A DNA stretch of 64,000 nucleotides, from positions 9,452 through 73,451 of the IMG/VR virus record IMGVR_UViG_3300023240_001094; one strand, given 5' to 3'. Under the pieces are notes generated by a model, which saw only the letters and a list, made by a program, of their open reading frames with translations, was not told the origin of the DNA and made no database searches. Positions 9,492-19,413 of this stretch are shown piece after piece. The position numbers and the translations under genes are program-made. Source of the DNA: a virus. Position 1 is the first letter of the stretch. Each line of letters opens with the position of its first letter.

Positions 9492-10643
9492 TTAGCTGTC
9501 CTTGTCTACTACGTTTTTGTCAACGCGTGCCATACGAATACCGATTTTACCGTCAGGCTTAGTATATTTTTCAGGTTTACGGTCTGCTGAGACAACAGCT
9601 TCTTGAGTTAACTTATCAACCGCTTTATCTACATACTGAGTACGCTTCATATTCTTCACGGCTTTTTTGTTAACGCCAACAGGGCGATCACCTTTAGCAT
9701 ATGCTCTAGCATTATCTGCTTCACGTCTAGCTACGTCTGCTGAAGCTTTCTTAACATATGAACCAAGAGTCTTTTTTGAAATTTCGTCAAGTTGGGTTTC
9801 TTCTTTCATAGAAGAAAGATCCTTTGCAAGCGCTGGTCTAGCCGACATAGCATTGGCTGCCTTTGATGAGCGTTTAAATTCACCTGATTTTGACTTCTCA
9901 TGGCCTGCGGCAGTTCTATGCATGGATGCTGCGTCTCTATGATCTCGAGCCTGTGACATGTTATTCTTACTTAGGTATTTTCCAGCTAGCTTATTATGCT
10001 TCTGTTCCATATCGTAATGGACACCCTCGTCCATCTTTTCTTTGTCTTCGTCCTCGTCTTCGTCGCCACCATGATCGCCAAGTGAGGAGTGAAGACTTTC
10101 AATTATAGTGTGAGCCTTAGTAAGTCTATTTTGCATCCACTCAGGAAATGACTTACCTGATTCAATATGCTCTTCAATCTCTTCAGCCGCATATTCAATA
10201 AATTCAAGTTGCTTCATTGCCATACCGCCTTCGTCACGGGATGCAGGCTCATCATCTTCCTTAGCTTCTTTTGCCAAAGTCAGTGGCTTATTTTTGTTAA
10301 GACGATCTCGCAGAGCTTTTAAGTCAGCTTTTGTTTTATCCATCTTATACGCTTTTTTAGTGGTTGCCATACCCGAGTTAGAAACCTTCTTAGTAAGCAT
10401 ATCGAGCGAAATTTCCTGAATGTCAAGACCTTCCTTCTTATATGCCTTACGCGATCCGCACGCTTCCTCAACAGATTCTTTTTGGGAATCTTTAAAGTCT
10501 TGATCTGTTGGAGCATCCTTTGATCCAGGCTTGCGCATCTTTTCACCAGAGCCATTTTTAATCCGTCTGCGTTTGGCGTGGATATTATCCCATAAGCCGT
10601 TCTTTTCTTCTAACTCAGTTCTGAATTTATTAAAATCAATCAT
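9492..10643 (-). CDS. putative internal head polyprotein
   Basis: MIDFNKFRTELEE start; GLWDNIHAKRRRI, PEWMQNRL and LDEISKKTLGSYVKKA modules. Confidence 0.65.
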   Translation of the reverse strand: MIDFNKFRTELEEKNGLWDNIHAKRRRIKNGSGEKMRKPGSKDAPTDQDFKDSQKESVEEACGSRKAYKKEGLDIQEISLDMLTKKVSNSGMATTKKAYKMDKTKADLKALRDRLNKNKPLTLAKEAKEDDEPASRDEGGMAMKQLEFIEYAAEEIEEHIESGKSFPEWMQNRLTKAHTIIESLHSSLGDHGGDEDEDEDKEKMDEGVHYDMEQKHNKLAGKYLSKNNMSQARDHRDAASMHRTAAGHEKSKSGEFKRSSKAANAMSARPALAKDLSSMKEETQLDEISKKTLGSYVKKASADVARREADNARAYAKGDRPVGVNKKAVKNMKRTQYVDKAVDKLTQEAVVSADRKPEKYTKPDGKIGIRMARVDKNVVDKDS

Positions 10644-11743
10644 TTTGGCTTGGTCTCTCTATTTTTAATTGATGTTTGTCTTGTTCTTGCTCTGTCCATC
10701 ATTCTATCATGACGTTTTGCATCCGAAGACTTTTCTCTTTCGATTCTTGCATTAGCAATATCGATAAATGTTGGGCGCTTGACTTCTTCGGTCTTTTCGC
10801 CGGGTGTATTTTTCTTTGCCTTCTTAGTCGATTCAGGTGTTCCCCAATCAGGCTTATCAGCATACATGCTTTTTTCCTGAAGTGCGACAGAAAAGGGTGC
10901 AACATCATATTCAATTACTGGTTGATCAATCTTTTCAACAGAATCAAGCCACTTGCGATATTTGTTTGCCTTTGATTCAATGATAACATAGTTTGAGCCA
11001 AGTTGCTTTACTATGCCAAGTTCACCATTTTCTTTGATAACAACTTTATCACCAACTTCAAAAAGTTTTCCGTCAATATAAGATTCTCTAATTGCTGATA
11101 CCGGCTCAAGTGCGATGTGTTGTTTAAAGTTTGTCTCTTCTTTAAGACCCATACCTTTACGCACACTATTAAAAAGTTGCTTACTGTCGGCGTTAGAAAA
11201 CTTCTTTGGAAGACCTTGTGAAAATGCTGTAAAATCATTATCACTAGCAGCAGCTCGCATTTTCGATGCTGACATGCCATCAACACCTTCAGAATCTGGA
11301 TCTCTTTCTCCAGCCGATACTACCTTAATATCAGCAAAGTTATAGAATCCATGGCGAGCCTTTTCAGCATTGTATCTGTTTAGCAGAGCGTTAAACTCAT
11401 TAACGCGATCAGATCCCACAACCATTACAACCTTGCGGAATCCTTCATTGTATAGAGAAACTGCTATATCAAAGATATTTTTAATGGATGTGTTCATAAG
11501 GATATTGCGCGCATGACGAGGAAACATCTTGCGAGCAAAAAGAATTTTATTTTTGTATTGAATAGGGTTCTTTTTAGGGTCTGTTGATTGTGACAAATAC
11601 ATTCTATATGGGTTTTTTCCTGCGGTCGATGCAAGCTTATCTAAAAGCTTTTCGTGTCCGACCGTTGGCGGATTCATTCTTCCAAATGAGAAGAATACCG
11701 TTTTTTCTTCTTCGACGAGGTACTGTCTAAATGATCCAATCAT
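10640..11743 (-). CDS. phage cytidylyltransferase-like (HxGH-type nucleotidyltransferase) protein
   Basis: FGRMNPPTVGHEKL, VVGSDRV, SAGERDPD and MSASKMR. Confidence 0.88.
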   Translation of the reverse strand: MIGSFRQYLVEEEKTVFFSFGRMNPPTVGHEKLLDKLASTAGKNPYRMYLSQSTDPKKNPIQYKNKILFARKMFPRHARNILMNTSIKNIFDIAVSLYNEGFRKVVMVVGSDRVNEFNALLNRYNAEKARHGFYNFADIKVVSAGERDPDSEGVDGMSASKMRAAASDNDFTAFSQGLPKKFSNADSKQLFNSVRKGMGLKEETNFKQHIALEPVSAIRESYIDGKLFEVGDKVVIKENGELGIVKQLGSNYVIIESKANKYRKWLDSVEKIDQPVIEYDVAPFSVALQEKSMYADKPDWGTPESTKKAKKNTPGEKTEEVKRPTFIDIANARIEREKSSDAKRHDRMMDRARTRQTSIKNRETKPK

Positions 11744-12363
11744 TGAGCGCGCTTTCTGTCCATTTCTTTCTTCCGGACGTCCTTGATCATTTTCTTGGAC
11801 ATGCGGCCGATTCTATTTTGAAAGGAAGGAGTACTAAGACGTTTTTCAATCTCAGCTTTTCTCTGTGGGCTAAGATCGCCCTTGGAAGTGTTCTTAATCA
11901 GCTTTTGATACACAACGTTTCGAGCTGCTTTGCGAGCTCTTTTTTCGAGTGTTTCTTTACTTGCAAAACGTCTGGCAGCACGTGCTCGGCCAAGGGCAAC
12001 CTTTGCCTTGTTTCGGCGCATGTCACGGCCCTTTTTAATACGAGCAGCTACTGATAACGCCTCATCAACCTCGGTTGATTCTGAAGTAATCTGATGCACG
12101 AGAATAGTATGAACTCCGTCAGGAGATTTAATCTTTTTGTGCTTTGTTTTATAGCCAATGCCGACGGTTTTGGGATGCTTCCCTTTGTCAATATAATCAC
12201 TGACAGGATTCTCGTGAGTTGGGTCATTGGATTCGCCTATTGGACCGCCTTCGCCCACGCTATAATTTCCACGTCTGCGGCGCAGTGCTCTATAGTTGGT
12301 GAGATCATCTTCACCTGGCCTATATCTTATTCCCATTGGAAACATGTCTTTAAATTTTAACAT
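11740..12363 (-). CDS. basic hypothetical protein
   Basis: MLKFKDM start; EVDEAL site; Arg/Lys-rich C-terminus. Confidence 0.65.
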   Translation of the reverse strand: MLKFKDMFPMGIRYRPGEDDLTNYRALRRRRGNYSVGEGGPIGESNDPTHENPVSDYIDKGKHPKTVGIGYKTKHKKIKSPDGVHTILVHQITSESTEVDEALSVAARIKKGRDMRRNKAKVALGRARAARRFASKETLEKRARKAARNVVYQKLIKNTSKGDLSPQRKAEIEKRLSTPSFQNRIGRMSKKMIKDVRKKEMDRKRAQ

Positions 12364-12376
12364 TCAGTTTTTCCCA

Positions 12377-13603
12377 TTATCGACCGGTTTTATCCCAGCC
12401 TTTTAAAATCTCTGGCGAAAAGTTGTTGTACGAAAATTCCATTCTATCAACAATCTTTACCGCATCACCACCAAGTTTATCAATTGCAACATAACCTTCA
12501 GGACCAGTTGTCCTATATCCTGTTGAGGTTTTTACGAAAGTACCAACATTAGATAATCTATTAAGAGTATTTATAAGTTTTAATTTTGCTAGAACAATCA
12601 TCTGTTGGAGATCAAAAACAAGCTTCAGGTTCTTTTTGTTTGCCCCTGAAAAGAAACTAAGGATATTATCAAGCTTCGCCTGCTTACTGGCCTTGCCTTT
12701 TTCAGTTTTTAGTTTGTCAATTTCCTTTTGGAACCGCGCTTTAATCCAATTGATAAGACCTGTAACGTGTTTGTTCGTATCGGTAATAACAGTACCTGTT
12801 CTGACAAATGAGTTACCATATGTTTCAATTAGCATAGTAAGTTCCGGCTTTGCTTCCATTTGGCGAAGAGTTGTTCCTGAAATCTGGTTGAATATTTTTC
12901 CAGCGTTAGATAGGTATGTATTAACTTCTTCGGTGTCTTTTTTAGTCATAGTGAGTGAGCTGTAATCTTTCAACATAGCGTCCTGTGACCACACATTTTT
13001 AGATTTCTTAAAGGCCGCAACATTCACCCCATATGATGCTTTCATAAGATCAAAGGTTGGACCTGTGTAGGTTGTATGCCATACAATACCGATCTTCTTT
13101 GATAGGACATCTCGCGCCATTTCTGTTTTGGCCGGAACAGCGTAAACTAAAGTGTTCGGGTGGAACGTAACATATTCAGAACCTTTAATCTTTGTTTTGC
13201 TAAGATCGCCTGGGCCAAAGAGAAAGTCACCTTGAACGACTCCTTTAATTCCTAGCTCCGGAAGATATCTTAAGGCTAGTTTTAGTTTTTCAGCAAGATC
13301 GCCTGAAGTGTCATCGTCAACTTCGGCTGGTGTTTTGTAGACCTTTGGGTTCTTATTAAAAATACCCTTTTTTGCTACAAAGAATTCCCCATCAGACGGA
13401 TCTATTCCAGCGAATACAGCCGGAGCACCATCCCATTTAACACTCACATTACCGGCCTTGACTCCAGACAACATATCACGTAGCTCGCGAAGAGCCAAAA
13501 TAGCTTGACGAGTGCCATTGACTCCTCCGTAAATAACTTTATCTTCGATGTGAGTCATATGTGTATTTTTTTGTTCTGTTATAAAGTTCTTAAAGTTTTC
13601 CAT
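12377..13603 (-). CDS. conserved T4-like protein with a nucleotidyltransferase/ligase-like motif
   Basis: MENFKNFITEQKNTHMTHIED; KWDGAPA (KxDG motif); EGYV...KIVDRMEFS. Confidence 0.75.
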   Translation of the reverse strand: MENFKNFITEQKNTHMTHIEDKVIYGGVNGTRQAILALRELRDMLSGVKAGNVSVKWDGAPAVFAGIDPSDGEFFVAKKGIFNKNPKVYKTPAEVDDDTSGDLAEKLKLALRYLPELGIKGVVQGDFLFGPGDLSKTKIKGSEYVTFHPNTLVYAVPAKTEMARDVLSKKIGIVWHTTYTGPTFDLMKASYGVNVAAFKKSKNVWSQDAMLKDYSSLTMTKKDTEEVNTYLSNAGKIFNQISGTTLRQMEAKPELTMLIETYGNSFVRTGTVITDTNKHVTGLINWIKARFQKEIDKLKTEKGKASKQAKLDNILSFFSGANKKNLKLVFDLQQMIVLAKLKLINTLNRLSNVGTFVKTSTGYRTTGPEGYVAIDKLGGDAVKIVDRMEFSYNNFSPEILKGWDKTGR

Positions 13604-14607
13604 TAATTGTCCACCAATAGTATGTCGAAAGCTACAGTATATCTGCCGTTATTGTCTCGTGTAGTTGCACGGACATCTATATCAGATTTTTCAGGTATAG
13701 GAATTGGAACAGTAAATTCATAGTCGTATGGTCCGCCTATTCCAGCGAATTCAAAGGTGTGTCCTACTCTGAACGTGGTTTGCCCGCTGTATCTCACATA
13801 CATAAATCCACTAGCGTCTTTATTTGCTTCGGCAGACGCATTTCCTTTTAAAAGATATCCTGTTTTACCTGCTGGTATGGTATAGACCGCCATTAGAGTT
13901 TGACCTTGCCCAGCAGTAATTCTGGCAACAGTAGTTCCGCCTGCGGCACCAGCTTCAATATCAATATTACCGATATTAGTTGTACCTGTATCAGTAACAA
14001 AGGCTCTATTCACTCTACGGAAGAGAGTAGTTCCGACTTGATCTGCTCCTGTTATTGTAATATCTTCTTCTACATAATCCCAGTTGGTATCAAGTCCTTG
14101 GACAGTAACGATTAGACCGTTATCGGATGCGTTATTTCGTTCCACATTTACAACCGCAGGCGTGTCCAAAGCCGCCCAAGGATATATAGTATTATCCACA
14201 TCCCACACAGATCCAGTCGTGCTATTAGACATATTCGGAACTGCCCCAAACTTATGATTGAATGAGTATCCAGAAATAAGGCCTTGTGCAACTTCCAAAT
14301 AAAATGGTTTGTTTGAGCCTGCTACAACTGATCCGACAATGTTAGCATTTACGGTTCCATCTACGGTAATACTACCGCCGTCGTCACTTATTGGAATGGG
14401 ATTGCCTATATCATTACTAATTTCCACATTACCCGGGATTGTCACATCGCCCGTGATAGTAATAGATTCGCCACCAATGGAAACCGGGAAGGGGTTATTG
14501 CTATCAACGATAACACCGTCCTTTGTGGACAACATCATGACTTCATGGATATCATCATTCTTTTGGGGCTTTGACTTATTACCTCTGCTTAAACTGTACT
14601 GTGCCAT
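13603..14607 (-). CDS. putative virion structural protein
   Basis: 334 aa, beta-rich, Gly/Thr/Val-rich; in the late operon. Confidence 0.6.
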   Translation of the reverse strand: MAQYSLSRGNKSKPQKNDDIHEVMMLSTKDGVIVDSNNPFPVSIGGESITITGDVTIPGNVEISNDIGNPIPISDDGGSITVDGTVNANIVGSVVAGSNKPFYLEVAQGLISGYSFNHKFGAVPNMSNSTTGSVWDVDNTIYPWAALDTPAVVNVERNNASDNGLIVTVQGLDTNWDYVEEDITITGADQVGTTLFRRVNRAFVTDTGTTNIGNIDIEAGAAGGTTVARITAGQGQTLMAVYTIPAGKTGYLLKGNASAEANKDASGFMYVRYSGQTTFRVGHTFEFAGIGGPYDYEFTVPIPIPEKSDIDVRATTRDNNGRYTVAFDILLVDN

Positions 14608-15458
14608 TAGATAATTTTTCCTCCACCGGTTGGCGCCTTGGCCAGTCTATAGCTGGCCATAACATCTATAGAAGCGTGTTTATTAGGACTGTTGAGTCCG
14701 CGTGGTTGAATACGAACTTCTAATTTAGCTTCTAGGTCTTTCAGATCGTCTAACTTTGAGAGTCCCATCATGGAAGCAATTTCATTTTGCTGAGCGGGGG
14801 TTATACGGCCAGCCGTATCCACCAACCAAATCTTATCTTTTAAAAACATAAACAACAGACTTGCTTTAGCACCACTTTTTAGATTTTTCTTAAACTTTGT
14901 TTTATAGTGGTTGACAATCTTATCGCCCATTGCATTACTTTCGATCTTAGCAATATGATAATTATCAGTGTTACTTGCGAACTCAGAAGCAAACGCCTTT
15001 CTGGTATCTTTATCTTTTATTACGCTTAGAGCGCCTGAGTATATTTTCTTCACGTCCTTCGAAAAGTATTTTTGCAAGTCACTCAATAATCGCTTTGCGT
15101 TTTTAGTAGCATCAGGGGTGTTGTTCATAATATTGATCAATTCCTGCTTAGACTCACTTTTAGTATCCGGGGTAGAGAATTGTCTGCCGTCAAAGATCCA
15201 GTCTCTCATCGAACCCATCTGGGCTTTATAATCAGCCTTGTATTCATAGTGAAGATCTACTATAGTGCCGTCGGAAAGCTTAATTCGATACGCAAAGTCA
15301 GGAAATCCAGCATCAAATCCTGCTGGAGAGACAACCGCTTTTGATTCATTACCTAGTCTTTCCCCCAATTTTCTAAAGGCATTATTTTCAGCTGCTTGAG
15401 CCTTTGCACTTACTCCACGCACTACGTTTTCCTTAATAAATGATTTGAATGATTGCAT
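14607..15458 (-). CDS. hypothetical protein, possible PD-(D/E)xK nuclease
   Basis: MQSFKSFIKE start; PDF...EYK motif; first gene after late promoter 15492-15499. Confidence 0.6.
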   Translation of the reverse strand: MQSFKSFIKENVVRGVSAKAQAAENNAFRKLGERLGNESKAVVSPAGFDAGFPDFAYRIKLSDGTIVDLHYEYKADYKAQMGSMRDWIFDGRQFSTPDTKSESKQELINIMNNTPDATKNAKRLLSDLQKYFSKDVKKIYSGALSVIKDKDTRKAFASEFASNTDNYHIAKIESNAMGDKIVNHYKTKFKKNLKSGAKASLLFMFLKDKIWLVDTAGRITPAQQNEIASMMGLSKLDDLKDLEAKLEVRIQPRGLNSPNKHASIDVMASYRLAKAPTGGGKII

Positions 15459-15491
15459 ATTACGTTTCTCAATTAATAATGTTGTTTCTTC

Positions 15492-15499
15492 TATTTATA
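15492..15499 (-). promoter_or_regulatory. T4 late promoter TATAAATA
   Basis: Exact consensus about 35 nt upstream of the ATG; others at 19331, 37894, 48375, 52982, 57238 and 61716. Confidence 0.8.
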
Positions 15500-15513
15500 C
15501 ATTTTTGTACAAT

Positions 15514-15539
15514 AAAAAAACCAGCCCGAGAGCTGGTTT
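15514..15539 (-). terminator. Rho-independent terminator
   Basis: AAACCAGC-ccgaga-GCTGGTTT hairpin with a U-run on -. Confidence 0.75.
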
Positions 15540-15561
15540 AAAGGTTTTCATGTTGGAAGAA

Positions 15562-15810
15562 TTAGTGGTTCTTCCAGGCATCTCGCTGGTAGATATATGC
15601 ATCTACCTTCTCAGCGAAGCGCAGTGGAAGAGACTGATTATAGCGAGCAACGCCACGACGATGACCACGGCCCTGAAGCTTTACGTAGTAACGCTCAGTG
15701 CGGCCTTCCTCTTTAAGCATACTGTTGCATTTTCTTACGAAACTGCGGAGTGATGCAATCTGTGGATCGTTTGGAGTGAATGTTCCGAGGTATGAATCAG
15801 TGCGTGTCAT
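15562..15810 (-). CDS. early hypothetical protein
   Basis: Own early promoter, AGGAGA SD and terminator. Confidence 0.75.
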   Translation of the reverse strand: MTRTDSYLGTFTPNDPQIASLRSFVRKCNSMLKEEGRTERYYVKLQGRGHRRGVARYNQSLPLRFAEKVDAYIYQRDAWKNH

Positions 15811-15834
15811 TGTGTATCTCCTTTTGATATATTA

Positions 15835-15863
15835 GTTATACCACATAGTAATACCAATGTACA
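15835..15863 (-). promoter_or_regulatory. early promoter TGTACA-N17-TATAAC
   Basis: Repeated motif followed by TAATATATCAAAAGGAGA. Confidence 0.8.
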
Positions 15864-15886
15864 CAGTTATTTTCAATTACTTAAGA

Positions 15887-16441
15887 TTAATTATTAAGCG
15901 GGTTGTCAAGCGCTTCCTGTAGAGTTTCCTTTAGGTCAGCGTCAAGTTGTCGCATGTCTGTATCGATTCTATCTTCAGTTTCTCGCATAGTATCTCGCAC
16001 GTCCTTTTCAGATTCGCGAATAATGCCTTCAACTTCACGGATAGAAGCGGTCACATCCTTTGATAGTTGATTCATATCAGCCAACACACTTTCAAGCATT
16101 ATGTCGATATCTCGTTGTGTTGCTTTGATACGATCCTCGGACATCTCAACTTTGTCCTCAATTCTATCCACCAGGTTTTCCATCTTTGTCACGTCATCAC
16201 GTAAGTCATTTTTAATATCACGCGTGTAGTCAATTGCCGCAGTGAGTTGAGTTTCAATAACATCGTTCCGGGCTGCAATCGCATCGGTATCAATATTCTG
16301 GATAATCTCTTTCATGTCAGTATAGTCTTTATAAAACTCAAAGGCCCCATAAGCACCTCCACCAAGCGTCGATAAAGCGGTCAGAATAGCGAACATCCTA
16401 CCACCTCGAAATGTTGTTCCAGCGAATTCGAATTCAGCCAT
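15887..16441 (-). CDS. membrane-anchored coiled-coil protein
   Basis: N-terminal TM, long acidic coiled coil, ends ALDNPLNN. Confidence 0.75.
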   Translation of the reverse strand: MAEFEFAGTTFRGGRMFAILTALSTLGGGAYGAFEFYKDYTDMKEIIQNIDTDAIAARNDVIETQLTAAIDYTRDIKNDLRDDVTKMENLVDRIEDKVEMSEDRIKATQRDIDIMLESVLADMNQLSKDVTASIREVEGIIRESEKDVRDTMRETEDRIDTDMRQLDADLKETLQEALDNPLNN

Positions 16442-16450
16442 CTTATTCTC

Positions 16451-16795
16451 CTATTTTTTAACTACTGGTTTTGTTGGAGCACCCTTTGCGTATGCCTGTG
16501 CTCCAAAAAATGCTCCGACGATTGCAGCAACAGAAACAAAGTATGTTGCCGCCATATTACCTAGGATAGTTGCAGCTCCATCCAATCCAATAGCAACAGC
16601 AATCACAACAGCAAATGGATATAATAGCATTCCAGCAAGAGCGAACCATGCCATTTTTCTTTGAGCGTCACGCATTGCATCGGCGTCTTCAAGTTCTTTT
16701 CTTTTAAACTCGATATACATTGCATGTTCAGCTGGATCAACGATTCCATCACCATTTGTATCTGCGGCATGAATGTCTTTAGTTTCGTCAATCAT
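16451..16795 (-). CDS. two-TM membrane protein with an EF-hand-like loop (holin-like)
   Basis: DTNGDGIVDPAE; DAQRKMAW; two hydrophobic helices. Confidence 0.7.
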   Translation of the reverse strand: MIDETKDIHAADTNGDGIVDPAEHAMYIEFKRKELEDADAMRDAQRKMAWFALAGMLLYPFAVVIAVAIGLDGAATILGNMAATYFVSVAAIVGAFFGAQAYAKGAPTKPVVKK

Positions 16796-18422
16796 ATTGC
16801 TGCCTTACCATTTCTCCGTGCTTTACGTCACTTGCTCCATTAAAAAATCTAGCGTTTGGGTTATCATGGTTTTGATGCGTAGTGTAAATATCTTTTGACT
16901 CGTACATTTGTCCATCACTCATCTGTGGTTGATTATATTTTCTAAAATTTGGGTTATAACCAAGTAAGGCTGACTGAGCATCTTCTGATGTATCACCGGA
17001 TTTAGCTGCAGCCACTAATATGTCTTCGCCCTCTGGGCTTAATCCTGAGTCAGATTCTTCTTCCGAACTACCACGCCCCGATTCTATGATAGCTGCTAGT
17101 GCATTTGTGATTGCCGTGTCTATTACCGCTGTATCAAACGAGGCAACCTCGATTTCAATTGAATATAAGCCGTCTTCAGCTAGCAGATCGCCAAAGCCAA
17201 TATCAGTATTATCAACTCCAATATGACTATTAAAAGATAGCAAATCATTTACCCCGCTTTCAAATACAATTGAGCCATCATAAGACCGTGATCCCGACAG
17301 ACCATTCACTAGATTGTTCGATGATATAATTGCCTGAGTAGAACTAAGCGCAGCTTGATTGCCACTAAAAGAATCGTCAAGGGATGCTGAAGCCCGGGCT
17401 GATTGTTGTGCTATATTCTGGGCCGACTCAGAAACAGACGCTGCTGAAGATTCTGCATCTCTAGCAACCGATAATGCATCAACATTAGTTGTAACTGGAG
17501 GGGTTTCTGCCTGGGATATGGTTTCTTCTACCTGTGTCACAACTTCTGATTCGGGTGTAGTGAATGATTCAATTACGGAATAGTCAGTAGGCGATTCTGT
17601 CTTAATATATTGTTTTTCAATTGCAGCAAGTTGTTGCTCCTGAGTCGGAATGCCAACAGACTTATTAAAGGCGTCTATGTATCCAATACAAGTCGGGCTA
17701 GATAGTGGATCCACACCACACTTATCAATTGGGGCCGCGCTGAATATCAATTGAAATTGAACATCTTTTACTTCAGGGCCATAATAACCAGACCAATATC
17801 CAGCGTCATACCCGTCAACACTAATCACAATTTTGTCTATATCAGAGCCTGTTAATGTGAACTCCTCAGAGCCAGAAAACTCAGTCCAATTGCTAATTCT
17901 ATAGTTATAATCGTATGACTTATCCCAGACAATTCCCTCTTTGTCAAAGAACTGAACGTTTATTTCTAGGAGGTCTTGACTGTATCCATAACCATCTTTG
18001 TCATATGGACCAACTGCATTGCTATTTTGAATATACTCTGCGTCGGCGTTCTTTATTTTCCATGAATACGTGTATCCATTTACTTCAATTCCAGTATCGG
18101 CAAATGCTTGTATAGTAGCGTCAATGGTATTAGTCAGTTTCATATTATCCTCGGGGCGCCAACTAAATCTCATTGTGCCGTCCTGAGATATTTGCGGACA
18201 ACCTCTATACGCTGGATTTGAATACCAGTCGCCTTGCGTATGGATTGGATTACTACCCCATGTGCCGTGACCGGAAGGTCGATAAGTGCAATCTCCCTGG
18301 CTGGAAGGTCCAGACCAGGTTGCACTATCATCAATTAAGTTTGGTGTTAGAGTTTGACTATAAGCCGATTGAGAGTAAAGTAACAAACAACAAGCTGCCA
18401 AGTATTTTATTGGCCGCTGCAT
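16788..18422 (-). CDS. secreted hypothetical protein
   Basis: Signal peptide (..SQSAYS/Q); GYDAGYWSGYYGPEV beta-sandwich-like region; CGVDPLSSPTCIGY; ends MVRQQYD. Confidence 0.75.
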   Translation of the reverse strand: MQRPIKYLAACCLLLYSQSAYSQTLTPNLIDDSATWSGPSSQGDCTYRPSGHGTWGSNPIHTQGDWYSNPAYRGCPQISQDGTMRFSWRPEDNMKLTNTIDATIQAFADTGIEVNGYTYSWKIKNADAEYIQNSNAVGPYDKDGYGYSQDLLEINVQFFDKEGIVWDKSYDYNYRISNWTEFSGSEEFTLTGSDIDKIVISVDGYDAGYWSGYYGPEVKDVQFQLIFSAAPIDKCGVDPLSSPTCIGYIDAFNKSVGIPTQEQQLAAIEKQYIKTESPTDYSVIESFTTPESEVVTQVEETISQAETPPVTTNVDALSVARDAESSAASVSESAQNIAQQSARASASLDDSFSGNQAALSSTQAIISSNNLVNGLSGSRSYDGSIVFESGVNDLLSFNSHIGVDNTDIGFGDLLAEDGLYSIEIEVASFDTAVIDTAITNALAAIIESGRGSSEEESDSGLSPEGEDILVAAAKSGDTSEDAQSALLGYNPNFRKYNQPQMSDGQMYESKDIYTTHQNHDNPNARFFNGASDVKHGEMVRQQYD

Positions 18423-19302
18423 TACTATTATTTCCCTTCTGTGCTTTTGGCTGTAAGTCCTTGTTTAGGTCCCAGAGAATCTGTGCTTCCATTCCAATTT
18501 TACCGTTAAATGGGCATGGAGTTCCTGCCATCATCATAGCGTCAAAGACACCTTTGTCTTGACACATAACAGCAACTGCTGCAACTTTCATGCCCATACT
18601 ATAGAGCAACTTAGAGTTCTTAAGTCTTTCACAGTTTATATCACGCACATGGCCACCGCCAGAGGCGCCGAGAATCTGTGTTTGCACAGATGCTGAATAT
18701 GACACAGTACATGTATCATTACCACCTGGCATTATCGTCGGCGCAATGGCAGAAGGAGGTGGTGACGTGACTGTCTGATTCACATCATTCGTGTTACTGT
18801 TAATATTCGTATTAGTTGACACCGAATCAACCGAATTGGTATTGGTATTTGTGCTCACGTTTGTATTCGTTGATGTTGAGTTAACAGTCTGATCAACTAT
18901 AGAATCTGAAGTAGAAACGTTGGTGTTCGTGTTATTGTTTATCGCTGTAGAATCTACCGTTGAAGTGCTGTTATTTGTGTTTGTGTTATTAGTACCACCT
19001 GACACGACATTATTGTTTGTTGCCGTAGAATTTACGGTTGAGACATTCGTGTTAGAGTTCGAGGCAGTTGAAGTTACTGTCGAATTATTCACATTGTTAT
19101 TTGTGTTTGTGCTGGTTATGTTGCTCGTGTTCGTATTGGTATTATTCGAATTAACCGTGCTATTTGTAGTTGCATTCGTGTTACTATCAGTAGCAACAAA
19201 GCTGGTCGAGTCGTATAATCCATCACTGTCATCGGCAACCTGTGCAAGGACAGGACTTCCTAAAAATAATAAAAACATGATAAAGGGCAATGAATTTTTC
19301 AT
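18358..19302 (-). CDS. secreted Asn/Thr/Ser-rich protein with a C-terminal TM
   Basis: Signal peptide, NTNTN repeats, SPPPSAIAP, Cys-containing domain, C-terminal TM. Confidence 0.75.
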   Translation of the reverse strand: MKNSLPFIMFLLFLGSPVLAQVADDSDGLYDSTSFVATDSNTNATTNSTVNSNNTNTNTSNITSTNTNNNVNNSTVTSTASNSNTNVSTVNSTATNNNVVSGGTNNTNTNNSTSTVDSTAINNNTNTNVSTSDSIVDQTVNSTSTNTNVSTNTNTNSVDSVSTNTNINSNTNDVNQTVTSPPPSAIAPTIMPGGNDTCTVSYSASVQTQILGASGGGHVRDINCERLKNSKLLYSMGMKVAAVAVMCQDKGVFDAMMMAGTPCPFNGKIGMEAQILWDLNKDLQPKAQKGNNSNAAANKILGSLLFVTLLSIGL

Positions 19303-19339
19303 TGTATTTCCTCCATGTATTTTATAGAACTATTTATAC

Positions 19340-19368
19340 AAAAAAAGAGCGCCACAAGGACGCTCTTT
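19340..19368 (-). terminator. Rho-independent terminator next to late promoter 19331-19338
   Basis: AAAGAGCG-ccacaagga-CGCTCTTT hairpin with a U-run on -. Confidence 0.7.
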
Positions 19369-19413
19369 AATTAGGAAGGCATGTGGCCTATCCTTATGCC
19401 GGCCAGGCAAGTA

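Noticed and set aside
18790-19190. CRISPR-like or non-coding repeat array
   Set aside because: Degenerate codon-level repetition from an Asn/Thr-rich protein; no constant repeat-spacer period
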